Positions 9,608 through 17,993 of a stretch of DNA of 64,000 bases are shown one piece after another. The notes under the pieces are model-generated. The model searched no databases and had not been told where the DNA came from. It saw only the letters and a list, made by a program, of their open reading frames with translations. The stretch covers positions 64,448 through 128,447 of the forward strand of contig CAISGE010000021.1 of NCBI GenBank assembly GCA_903884815.1, written 5' to 3'. The stretch's first letter is position 1, and each line of letters opens with the position of its first letter. The DNA is from Candidatus Omnitrophota bacterium (GTDB lineage: Bacteria > Omnitrophota > Omnitrophia > Omnitrophales > Aquincolibacteriaceae). The translations under genes were made by a program, and so were the position numbers.

Positions 9608-9644
9608 AAAAACCCCCGCCCTGTCCGCTATGGACAGGGTGGGC
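9608..9644 (-). terminator. Weaker intrinsic terminator between the two pilins
   Basis: CCCACCCTGTCC-ATAGC-GGACAGGGCGGG-GG-TTTTT: one A-C mismatch and a shorter, displaced U tract. Confidence 0.7.
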
Positions 9645-9669
9645 TGAAAACCTCTTCTGATTCCTTCTA

Positions 9670-10125
9670 CTATCCGGCAATCGCCGTTCCTCCGGAACAA
9701 CCGGTCGCAGCACCCGTCACGCCAGCCGAGGCGGCAACAATAACGCCCGTTTGGTCAACGCAGTAGGTGTTCACCGCCGTGGAGACCGAAACCGGCGCTG
9801 CCAATAAAGAAAAGGTGTCCGTGGCCGATGCGTACGTGAAATTGAAACCATGCTTCGCACCCCCCCACGAGGCATCCAAATACGTCGGGGTGGAACCCGT
9901 CAAATTCGCGATAGCTGCCGGATATACCGGAGGATTCTGCGCTGCACGGAAGCTTTCACACGCCGAACTAAACGTCCTTAAATCTGACTTAATAGCGCCT
10001 TCGTTGGCGTTGATACGAGCGCGCAGAAGATTGGGAATGGCGATAGCGGCCAAAAGCCCAATGATCGCGACGACGATCATGATTTCCACCAGCGTGAAGC
10101 CTTTTTTATTCAATTTGATTAACAT
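9670..10125 (-). CDS. pilA: Type IV major pilin, upstream copy
   Basis: AGGAGG RBS, ATG at 10125, same prepilin motif; near-identical to 9072-9524. Confidence 0.92.
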   Translation of the reverse strand: MLIKLNKKGFTLVEIMIVVAIIGLLAAIAIPNLLRARINANEGAIKSDLRTFSSACESFRAAQNPPVYPAAIANLTGSTPTYLDASWGGAKHGFNFTYASATDTFSLLAAPVSVSTAVNTYCVDQTGVIVAASAGVTGAATGCSGGTAIAG

Positions 10126-10226
10126 TGTATTCCTCCTGTTGTTTGCCACTGCCTATTAGTAGCTTAGACTACTTTGTATAATACGGCAATACGTTGCATA
10201 ACTAAACTAGTTTTTGGGGGATTCGA

Positions 10227-10256
10227 GTTATATCCAATATCTTTAAGAAGGGTCAA
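10227..10256 (-). promoter_or_regulatory. Sigma70-type promoter for the pilin pair
   Basis: TTGACC-N18-TATAAC on the minus strand between pilC and the upstream pilin. Confidence 0.6.
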
Positions 10257-10278
10257 ACGAGCCTACGGAGGAGGGATT

Positions 10279-11520
10279 TTACTTGATCGCTTGCGTGAGC
10301 GTGAGGATCGGAAGGAACATGGCAATGACAATGCCGCCGATCACGATACCCAGGAATCCCACGATAAGTGGCTCGATCAGCGATGTCAGACCGGAAACGG
10401 CGGTATCCACCTGAGTGTCATAAAAATCCGCAATCTTCGAAAGCATCTCTTCCAACTCACCTGTTTCCTCCCCGATCGCGATCATACGAACAACCATCGA
10501 AGGAAAAACACCGCACTTTTCAAGGGGGCCGGCGATGCTCTCGCCACGCTTCACCGAACCCATAAGATCGGTAATGACTTTTTCGATAAGGGCATTGCCC
10601 GAGGTTTTAGACACGATCTCCAGGGCCGCGAGAATCGCCACGCCGCTACGCACCAACGTGGCCAAGGTGCGCGCGAACTTGCTGACCGCGACCTTCATAA
10701 TGATCGGGCCAAAGATCGGCATCTTCAGCGTGAAGCTGTCCCAAGGCAAACGGCCGAGCGGCGAAACGATGAATTTCTTGAACGAAAAAATGCCTCCGAC
10801 CAGAAGTGCAATGATCCACCACCAGTTCGCCGCAAGATAATTACTCACCGTGATCAGGATCTGAGTCGGCACCGGAAGTTTCGCCCCCAAGCCTTCAAAG
10901 ATCGTCGCGAATTGCGGGATTACGAAGGCCAGCATGAAGAACGTGATCGAGAAAGCCATGATTGAAACGACCATCGGGTACATCATCGCGGACTTCACTT
11001 TTTTCTGAAGGGCGCTGGATTTCTCGAAATATTGCGCCACGCGGTCGAGGATCTCCTGCAATTTTCCGCTCATCTCCCCCGCCCGGACCATATGAATAAA
11101 AAGAGCTGAAAAGGTCTTGGGATGGGATTGCATGGCTTCGGAGAAGCTTTTGCCGGTCAGCACGTCGCTGTGCAACCGCCGAAGGACCAGCCGGAACTTC
11201 TCCTTATCCACCTGGTCCGCAAGAATATCAAGAGACTGGACCAGCGGAATACCCGCAGCGACCAATGTGGCCATCTGCCTGGCGAAGATCACCAGGTCGT
11301 CTAATTTGATGCCCCCGGATTTTCCCTGTTGGGCTTTCTTCGGCGTCGGACCTGTCGAAACGCTCAGGATCGACGAGCTCTTTTTGACCTGCTCGACACG
11401 CACCACTAAAAGTCCCTGGGCCTTGAGCTGATGGACAAGTTCCTGCGCGTCGGGCGCTTCCTGAACGCCCTTCAGATCTTTCCCCGTTTTGTCTTTGGCT
11501 AGATATTCAAAAGAAGGCAT
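10279..11520 (-). CDS. pilC: Type IV pilus platform protein PilC (T2SS F family)
   Basis: F.RQMATLV.AGIPLVQSL, MVRAGE.SGKL, VKSAMMYP, MIAIGEETGELEEML. Confidence 0.95.
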   Translation of the reverse strand: MPSFEYLAKDKTGKDLKGVQEAPDAQELVHQLKAQGLLVVRVEQVKKSSSILSVSTGPTPKKAQQGKSGGIKLDDLVIFARQMATLVAAGIPLVQSLDILADQVDKEKFRLVLRRLHSDVLTGKSFSEAMQSHPKTFSALFIHMVRAGEMSGKLQEILDRVAQYFEKSSALQKKVKSAMMYPMVVSIMAFSITFFMLAFVIPQFATIFEGLGAKLPVPTQILITVSNYLAANWWWIIALLVGGIFSFKKFIVSPLGRLPWDSFTLKMPIFGPIIMKVAVSKFARTLATLVRSGVAILAALEIVSKTSGNALIEKVITDLMGSVKRGESIAGPLEKCGVFPSMVVRMIAIGEETGELEEMLSKIADFYDTQVDTAVSGLTSLIEPLIVGFLGIVIGGIVIAMFLPILTLTQAIK

Positions 11521-11523
11521 AAA

Positions 11524-13218
11524 TTATTCCGGGCTCGCGACGCGAAGCACTTCTTCAAGCGTGGTCACCCCGGACTTGAAAAGCTCCAGGGCGTTCTGAA
11601 ATAACGTTTGCATACCCTTCTCAACGGCAAGTTTATGAATAACATTACTCGATTTCTTCTGGATCACAAGCTCCCGGATATCCGGATCCACAAGAAGCAC
11701 CTCACTCGCGCCAGTACGGCCAAAGTATCCCGTCATGTTGCATTTGGCACAACCTTTCCCGCGGAACGGTTTAATCTTGTCCCATTCGGTCGCGGAAAGT
11801 TTGCAACGCGCCAACACCTCGGGCGGAATGATCGCCGGCTCCTTGCAATCCGGACAGATCTTGCGCAGGAGACGCTGGGCACCGACACACACGACAGAGG
11901 ACGCGATCAGAAAAGGCTCGACGCCCATATCCATCAAACGGGTCATGGCACCGGACGCGCTGTTCGTATGAAGCGTGCTGAAAACCAAATGCCCCGTGAG
12001 CGCTGCCTTCACCGCGATATCGGCAGTCTCCGCGTCACGGATCTCCCCGACGAGCACAATATCCGGACTTTGCCGGAGTAGAGCGCGCAAGCCACTGGCA
12101 AACGTAAGGCCAATCTCGGGTTGCACTTGGGTCTGAGTAATCCCCTCCACCTGATATTCCACAGGATCCTCGACGGTCATGAGGTTTTTCTGCGGCGTAT
12201 TCAAGGTGTTCAGGATCGAGTAAAGGGTGGTGGACTTCCCGCTCCCCGTGGGCCCGGTGATAAGGATCATGCCGTAAGGTTTTTTGACAGCTTCGGCAAG
12301 AGCGCGCGTCGGCTTTTCCGTAAAACCCAATTTATCGAGTCCCGCACGGATACCGCTCCGGTCCAAAACACGAAGCACCATCTTTTCACCAAAGTAGGTT
12401 GGCAGTACCGACACGCGAAAATCAATCTGCCGATCCTTGAGCGAAAGCCGGAAACGTCCGTCCTGAGGCACACGGCGCTCGGTGATATCCAGCGTCGAAA
12501 TGATCTTGGCGCGGGCCACAAGCGCGGGATAAAGCTCAAGCGAATGGGAGAACGACTCTTTCAATGATCCGTCCACCCGGTAGCGGATGCGGAATTCTTT
12601 TTCATAGGGTTCGAAATGAATATCCGAGGCGCGGGACTTAAGAGCTTTTTCGAGAATGTAGTTGACCATCTTAATGACCGGCGCGTCATCCACGTTGACC
12701 CGTACAGCAGAAGAGGAGTCTTTCTCATCATCCGTAATGAGCTCCACGCTGTCTTCGTCTTTTTCGCTGACGAATTCGTCGAAGTTTTTGCTCTCCGAAT
12801 AATAGTCCGCCACCGCCGCGGCGATCTTGGAGGGCGGAACCAGAACAAGATTCACATCACATCCCGTCACCTGCTTGATATCATCAAAAGTCCTCAGCTT
12901 GAAAGGATCGCTCGCGGCGACGGTCATCAGCCTTCCGATGCGCCCCAACGGGAAAACTTTATGCAATTCCACGAATTTTTTGGGCAATAGCTTCAGAACC
13001 TCCGCGTCCAACTGAAGTCCCGGAAGGTTCAGTGTCGGAATTTCAAGCTGAAGACCTAAAAAATCCATCACAACATCTTCCTCAAGAATTTTCTCCTGAA
13101 GAATCCTTTGAAACACGCTCTCCCCGTGCTTCTGGGCCGCCAGCTCCAACCGGTCACGATCCTGTCCCTGAATCCCCTGCGTCGTCATCCATTCACGAAT
13201 GATCCCCTTGTCGATCAT
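11524..13218 (-). CDS. pilB: PilB/GspE assembly ATPase (copy 2)
   Basis: ASDIHFEP, RVPQDGR, GPTGSGKST, TVEDPVE, LRQSPDIVLVGEIRD, GHLVFSTLHTN, CPDC/CAKC. Confidence 0.95.
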   Translation of the reverse strand: MIDKGIIREWMTTQGIQGQDRDRLELAAQKHGESVFQRILQEKILEEDVVMDFLGLQLEIPTLNLPGLQLDAEVLKLLPKKFVELHKVFPLGRIGRLMTVAASDPFKLRTFDDIKQVTGCDVNLVLVPPSKIAAAVADYYSESKNFDEFVSEKDEDSVELITDDEKDSSSAVRVNVDDAPVIKMVNYILEKALKSRASDIHFEPYEKEFRIRYRVDGSLKESFSHSLELYPALVARAKIISTLDITERRVPQDGRFRLSLKDRQIDFRVSVLPTYFGEKMVLRVLDRSGIRAGLDKLGFTEKPTRALAEAVKKPYGMILITGPTGSGKSTTLYSILNTLNTPQKNLMTVEDPVEYQVEGITQTQVQPEIGLTFASGLRALLRQSPDIVLVGEIRDAETADIAVKAALTGHLVFSTLHTNSASGAMTRLMDMGVEPFLIASSVVCVGAQRLLRKICPDCKEPAIIPPEVLARCKLSATEWDKIKPFRGKGCAKCNMTGYFGRTGASEVLLVDPDIRELVIQKKSSNVIHKLAVEKGMQTLFQNALELFKSGVTTLEEVLRVASPE

Positions 13219-14984
13219 CGGCAGCCCCCTTCAGGCTTGACGCCGACATCCGCGGTCGTCACACGGAAAACCTCTTCAAGCGATGTCTCCCCGGACATGG
13301 CCTTTGCGATCGCGGATTCGCGGAGCGTCTTCATGCCCTGGGCCCGGGCCTTTTCTTTGATAAGGTCCGCGGAGTCCCCTCGCATGACCATCTCAAGGAT
13401 CTCGGGTTTCATTTCCAGGATCTCGGTAATGACACTGCGGCCCTGATACCCCAGCGAGCGGCACTGCGAACATCCTTTCGCTTTCCAGAGCTGTATCTTT
13501 TTTGACGGATCGAGTTCCAGGAACTTGTACATACTTGGCTCCAGATCGTAGGCCACCCGGCAGCGCGGACAGAGACGGCGCACCAAACGCTGGGCGGAGA
13601 TCATCAGCACCGTGGAGGCGATCAGAAAAGGCTCAAGGCCCAGGTTGGCCATGCGGGTGATGGAACTGACCGCGTCGTTGGTGTGAAGCGTGCTCAGCAC
13701 AAGATGCCCCGTCAAGGCGGCTTTGACCGCGATATCCAGCGTGTCTGCGTCGCGGATCTCACCGATCAGAATAATGTCGGGATCCTGCCGCAGGATCGAA
13801 CGGAGCGCCGCGGGAAAGGTCATCCCGATCGATTCGCGAACATTCACCTGATTAATACCGTGCATTTGATATTCCACAGGATCCTCCACGGTCGTAATGT
13901 TGACCTGAGGAGAATCCAGATATTGGAGGATCGAGTAAAGCGTGGTCGTCTTTCCGCTGCCGGTCGGCCCGGTGACAAGGATCATCCCGTGCGGTTTTTT
14001 TGCAGACTCCCGGATAACCTTCTGCTCCGGCTCGGTGAACCCGAGCTTGCTGATATCATGCGATTGCGCCCCGGTATCCAAAATACGGAGACAGACTTTC
14101 TCCCCAAAGCTGGAGGGCAGGATCGAAACGCGCATATCCACTTCGCGCCCCTGAGTCCTCACCTTAAAGCGCCCGTCCTGCGGCACGCGATGCTCCGCGA
14201 TATTCAACTGGCTCATGATCTTGATGCGCGACACGATCGCCGCGCCAAAACCTTTTTGGGGCCTTGCTATCTCTTCCAGGATACCGTCGATACGCACGCG
14301 AATACGAACAAAGCTTTCCCAGGGTTCAATGAAAATATCACTCGCGCGGCGGCGCACCCCCTCCACCAGCACCATGTTGACGAGCTTCACCACCGGCGCC
14401 TGATTGGCCTGCTCCATAAGGTCCGCGACCGGCGCCTGTTTATCAAACGTCGCTTCCTCCTCGACCATATTGGCGAGACTGATGAGATCCTCGCCCGCTT
14501 CCTCCGCCGGGGGTTCCTCAAGAGTCTCCGCCTGATCCTGATAGAACTTTGCGATATGCTCCTTGAGCATGGAAAATTCGGCCACCGCGGCCCGAATGCG
14601 CTTTCCGGTCATCGCCTGCAGCTCATCGAGAACCTTCAGATTGGTGGGATTCGCGACCGCGACCGTCAGTGTCTTGTCCAGGACAGAGACCGGAAGGCAT
14701 CCGTACGCTTCGGCAATCTTCTTCGGAATGAGCTTGAGAACATCCTGATGAATCACAATCATCTTGAGGCTAACGAGCCGGTAACCGTATTGCTCGCAGA
14801 AAAGCTGGACAAGCTTTTTCTCGTCGCATTTCCCGGCTTGAAGAAGCATATCCAGAAAATGGATCTTCTTGATGCTTTTGGCATGTTCTTGGACGGCACT
14901 GTGAAGATCCCCGGAGGTGACCACCCCGGCCCGCACAAGGGCTTCCTTCAGATCCGGTAAGGCAATTCTCGGGCTCTCTTCCAT
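13215..14984 (-). CDS. pilB: PilB/GspE assembly ATPase (copy 1)
   Basis: ASDIFIEP, PQDGR, GPTGSGKTT, LRQDPDIILIGEIRD, GHLVLSTLHTN, CPRC/CSQC. Confidence 0.95.
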   Translation of the reverse strand: MEESPRIALPDLKEALVRAGVVTSGDLHSAVQEHAKSIKKIHFLDMLLQAGKCDEKKLVQLFCEQYGYRLVSLKMIVIHQDVLKLIPKKIAEAYGCLPVSVLDKTLTVAVANPTNLKVLDELQAMTGKRIRAAVAEFSMLKEHIAKFYQDQAETLEEPPAEEAGEDLISLANMVEEEATFDKQAPVADLMEQANQAPVVKLVNMVLVEGVRRRASDIFIEPWESFVRIRVRIDGILEEIARPQKGFGAAIVSRIKIMSQLNIAEHRVPQDGRFKVRTQGREVDMRVSILPSSFGEKVCLRILDTGAQSHDISKLGFTEPEQKVIRESAKKPHGMILVTGPTGSGKTTTLYSILQYLDSPQVNITTVEDPVEYQMHGINQVNVRESIGMTFPAALRSILRQDPDIILIGEIRDADTLDIAVKAALTGHLVLSTLHTNDAVSSITRMANLGLEPFLIASTVLMISAQRLVRRLCPRCRVAYDLEPSMYKFLELDPSKKIQLWKAKGCSQCRSLGYQGRSVITEILEMKPEILEMVMRGDSADLIKEKARAQGMKTLRESAIAKAMSGETSLEEVFRVTTADVGVKPEGGCR

Positions 14985-14997
14985 AGGGATCTAGGCC

Positions 14998-15441
14998 TCA
15001 GGGCGTTTCATGATAAATAAAATAGATCGCGTTCAGGATCTCCGAGATCCTGGCAAGAAATATCTGGGGCATACGTCCGGTTTGAGTGCGAACCGACTCA
15101 AGGGCCGCGTCGTTCATGGGATCAGCGACCGCGACGTAGACCTTCTTGTGATCACAATCGAACGCCACCAGCATGTTCTCGTGGCAAAAGTCCGCATTCA
15201 GCAGATCGGCCATATCGGGGTTGATCGAATAGTTCTTGAGCGGGATATAAGGAACTTTAAACTGCTTCCCCAGCGCTCCGATCAGGGTTTCCTCGTCGAC
15301 AAAGTTCTTCTCCACGAGGATTTTCCCGATGAGCCCGCCTTTTTCCTTCTGATGGGCAAGGGCCTCCTCCAGTTGGGTCTTGGACAACAACCCATCCTCG
15401 ATCAGAATCTCTCCGATCCTTCGCCGTACTTTGGGACTCAT
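14998..15441 (-). CDS. Stand-alone MshEN (T2SSE_N) domain protein, probable c-di-GMP receptor
   Basis: RIGEILIEDGLLSKTQLEEALAHQ-KEKGG-LIGKILVEKNFVDEETLIGALGKQ plus VAVADP; no ATPase domain. Confidence 0.88.
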   Translation of the reverse strand: MSPKVRRRIGEILIEDGLLSKTQLEEALAHQKEKGGLIGKILVEKNFVDEETLIGALGKQFKVPYIPLKNYSINPDMADLLNADFCHENMLVAFDCDHKKVYVAVADPMNDAALESVRTQTGRMPQIFLARISEILNAIYFIYHETP

Positions 15442-15554
15442 GGAACCTCGCGATGCACCTTAGGCAGAAATACCCTTCGGGACACGATACCCCGAAGTTT
15501 GCTCCTCCTTCAATAACGACACAAGTGGGAAAGAATTTTATCTTTTTGTGAGGG

Positions 15555-16238
15555 TTAAAAGAACCGGCAGAGCGGGCAGCTTTCACAACGGGGAGCTTTC
15601 CGGCAATAGTTCTTGGCCGTCCTCACGATCTGGGCGTGATAATCGTTGTAAAGATCGAGGTCCCCCGGCAACGCCCGCGTAAAAACTTCACGCCATGTTT
15701 CGTAATGCGCCGTTACCGGGACCAGGCCGTGCCTTGAGAAGATCCTGCGGGTGTAAGCGTCAATCACAAACGATCGCTTGCCGAGGGCGTAAAGCAGCAT
15801 GGAATCCGCGGTCTCGGGGCCTATGCCTTTCACAGCCAGGAGTTTCTCCCGGAGATCCGGCATCGCCTTGAGCCTGAGCTTCTGGAGATCCCCCCGACAT
15901 TCACGATCGAGAAAATCCAGGAAACATCGCAACCGGTCCGCCTTCAGATTGAAAAAACCGGCCGGTCGGATCAGCTGCGCCAATTCCTTTTTGGAAATAC
16001 GCCGCAGGGCCCCGAAGGAGAGTTTTTTCGCTTTCTTGAGATTCAGGATCGCCTTCTCGACATTCGTCCAGGCCGTGTTCTGCGTGAGGATCGCGCCGAC
16101 CATCACCTCAAAAGGAGTATCCCCCGGCCACCAGGCCTGATGACCAAAGCTTTTTTTCAGCACGGCATAAACTTCGCCAAGCTGGGCGCTTTTCAGTTTA
16201 CGTTTTTTTTGAGAACGGGTAGGTTTTGAGGATCTCAT
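15555..16238 (-). CDS. Endonuclease III-related HhH-GPD DNA glycosylase
   Basis: WWP.DTPFEVMVGAILTQNTAW.NVEKA, LLAVKGIGPETADSMLLYA, C-x5-C-x2-C-x2-C C-terminal Cys motif; start inferred at ATG 16238. Confidence 0.9.
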   Translation of the reverse strand: MRSSKPTRSQKKRKLKSAQLGEVYAVLKKSFGHQAWWPGDTPFEVMVGAILTQNTAWTNVEKAILNLKKAKKLSFGALRRISKKELAQLIRPAGFFNLKADRLRCFLDFLDRECRGDLQKLRLKAMPDLREKLLAVKGIGPETADSMLLYALGKRSFVIDAYTRRIFSRHGLVPVTAHYETWREVFTRALPGDLDLYNDYHAQIVRTAKNYCRKAPRCESCPLCRFF

Positions 16239-16797
16239 AGCGGACACCTTCCGGAAGGCAATGACTTTGGTAAAGCGCAAAATGATCCGCGGTTTTCTCT
16301 GCGGAGGGGAAGCGGAACGGGATCCGGGAGGCAAGCGTCTCCAGACTCCCCGTCCTTTTCTTAATGCGACCGATCGTCACATGCGGATAAAAGGGTCGTG
16401 TCTCGGTCTTGAAACCGAGCTGTCCGACCGCCGCACGGAGAGCCTTCTGGAATGAGAGAAGTGTCCCGGCTTTGTCTTCCATCCCCAGCCAAAGGATATC
16501 CGGCCTCTTAAGGTCCGGGAATCCTCCCACTCCGTCAAGCGCCACACGGAGCGGCGCATAGAGTGAGGCCACCTGCCGCATCGAACCATCAATGTGATCG
16601 ATCTCGCTGGGGGGGATGGAACCAAAGAAATGAAGCGTCAGATGAACTTGCCGGGGCTCTACGCCACGGACACCCGGGATCCCGCGACGAAAGGTGCCCA
16701 GAATGCAGCGAAGCTCATCGTGAAATAGTTCGTGTAAGGGAAGGGCGAGGAAACACCGCAGAGCCGACCGGTTTAACGGATCTTCCGCCATAGACAT
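16198..16797 (-). CDS. thpR: RNA 2',3'-cyclic phosphodiesterase (2H family)
   Basis: RCFLAL, HLTLHFFG and FYPHVTIGR HxT motifs; follows cinA. Confidence 0.92.
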   Translation of the reverse strand: MSMAEDPLNRSALRCFLALPLHELFHDELRCILGTFRRGIPGVRGVEPRQVHLTLHFFGSIPPSEIDHIDGSMRQVASLYAPLRVALDGVGGFPDLKRPDILWLGMEDKAGTLLSFQKALRAAVGQLGFKTETRPFYPHVTIGRIKKRTGSLETLASRIPFRFPSAEKTADHFALYQSHCLPEGVRYEILKTYPFSKKT

Positions 16798-17993
16798 TCA
16801 AGCGCTTTCGCGACAGCCCTCGCTTGGACCTGATGACGCTCTCCCCAAAAATTAAATTTCCAGACCTGAGGTCGGGCGTCGGATGAAGCAAGCGCGATAT
16901 ACACAAGTCCCACCGGTTTCTTGGCACTCCCCCCGCCGGGCCCCGCGATCCCGGTGACCCCGATCCCATAGTCCGAACCCATCCGGACGCGAACCCATTT
17001 CGCGAGCTCTACAGCCACCTGGGGGGAAACCTCTCCGTACTTTTTGATGAGGTCTTCAGGAACCCCGAGTAATTTCTTTATGGCCGGATGATAGGCCACC
17101 GTCGCCCCGCGAAAATAAGCGCTCGATCCCGGACAAGCCGTGATCCGCGAAGCCAGGAGACCTCCCGTACAGCTTTCCGCGACCGCAAGCGTCCGCTTCT
17201 TCTTAATGAGAATATTCCCGATCACCGATGAAAGCGGCGTCTCATTCCACGCATAGATCCGGTCTTTGAGCCGTGCGGCGATCTTTTTTTTGACCGCACT
17301 CAAAATCGTCGAACTTTCCGCCAGAATGCGTATTGCGATCTCCCCCGCCGAAGGGTAGATCCCAAAATCAAAAGGCGCGTTAAAAAAATCCTTCCCGAGT
17401 TTTTTCATGACATCGGGCTCGGAGATCCCGGTCATTCTCGCGACAAGCTTGGGAATGGACCGAAGCTCCGGGAACTGTTTTTTCAGGACCGGAAGAACCA
17501 CGTCAAAATACATGTTCTCAAGCTCCGAGGGAACGCCGGGAAGCGCGATCACGAGATTTTTCTGTGCCTGGATCGAGAAACCGAGCGCGATACCGAAGCG
17601 GTTGACGAGAGGCTTCGCATTCTTGGGATAAAACGCCTCCTGTTTCACCAGACGGGGGATGCGCTTACCGTACCGCTTGTAGATCTTCTCAAGCCGGCGG
17701 TAGTGCGTCGGAGAAAAAATAAGCGGCACTTTAAAATGCGCGGCGATCCCTTCCCGTGTCACATCATCCGGTGTGGGCCCGAGTCCTCCCGTCATGATGA
17801 TGACATCGGCGCGACGAATGACCTCTCCCAAACGAAACCGAATGGCTTCCTTGGAGTCGGCACAAACACCGTGGGAAACCACCTCGAAGCCGAGGTTGGT
17901 AAGTTCGCGTCCAAGGAACGCGGCATTCGTATTGACAGCACTCCCGCGAAGGACTTCATTCCCGACCGAGAGGATCGCTGCGGAACGCTTCAT
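16773..17993 (-). CDS. cinA: Competence/damage-inducible protein A (MocF + PncC domains)
   Basis: VGNEVL.G...NTNA, TGGLGPTPDDVT, LPGVP.E, AVAESCTGG, TGIAGPGGG...KPVGLVY. Confidence 0.95.
   Translation of the reverse strand: MKRSAAILSVGNEVLRGSAVNTNAAFLGRELTNLGFEVVSHGVCADSKEAIRFRLGEVIRRADVIIMTGGLGPTPDDVTREGIAAHFKVPLIFSPTHYRRLEKIYKRYGKRIPRLVKQEAFYPKNAKPLVNRFGIALGFSIQAQKNLVIALPGVPSELENMYFDVVLPVLKKQFPELRSIPKLVARMTGISEPDVMKKLGKDFFNAPFDFGIYPSAGEIAIRILAESSTILSAVKKKIAARLKDRIYAWNETPLSSVIGNILIKKKRTLAVAESCTGGLLASRITACPGSSAYFRGATVAYHPAIKKLLGVPEDLIKKYGEVSPQVAVELAKWVRVRMGSDYGIGVTGIAGPGGGSAKKPVGLVYIALASSDARPQVWKFNFWGERHQVQARAVAKALECLWRKIR

Larger units (their letters stand above)
9010..10208. repeat. Tandem duplication (about 601-bp period) of leader + pilin + terminator
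   Basis: 9010-9608 aligns with 9611-10208 including the non-coding flanks. Confidence 0.9.

Noticed and set aside
9010-10208. Silent pilin cassette / Neisseria-type pilS system
   Set aside because: Both copies are full length with RBS and intact prepilin signal; neither is a truncated cassette.
15442-15554. Possible c-di-GMP-I riboswitch before the MshEN/pil operon (GCAAA-CTTCGGG...CCCGAAG hairpin, CCTAAG)
   Set aside because: Lacks the GNRA-capped P2 and the GACGCAAA junction; only a simple hairpin is supported.
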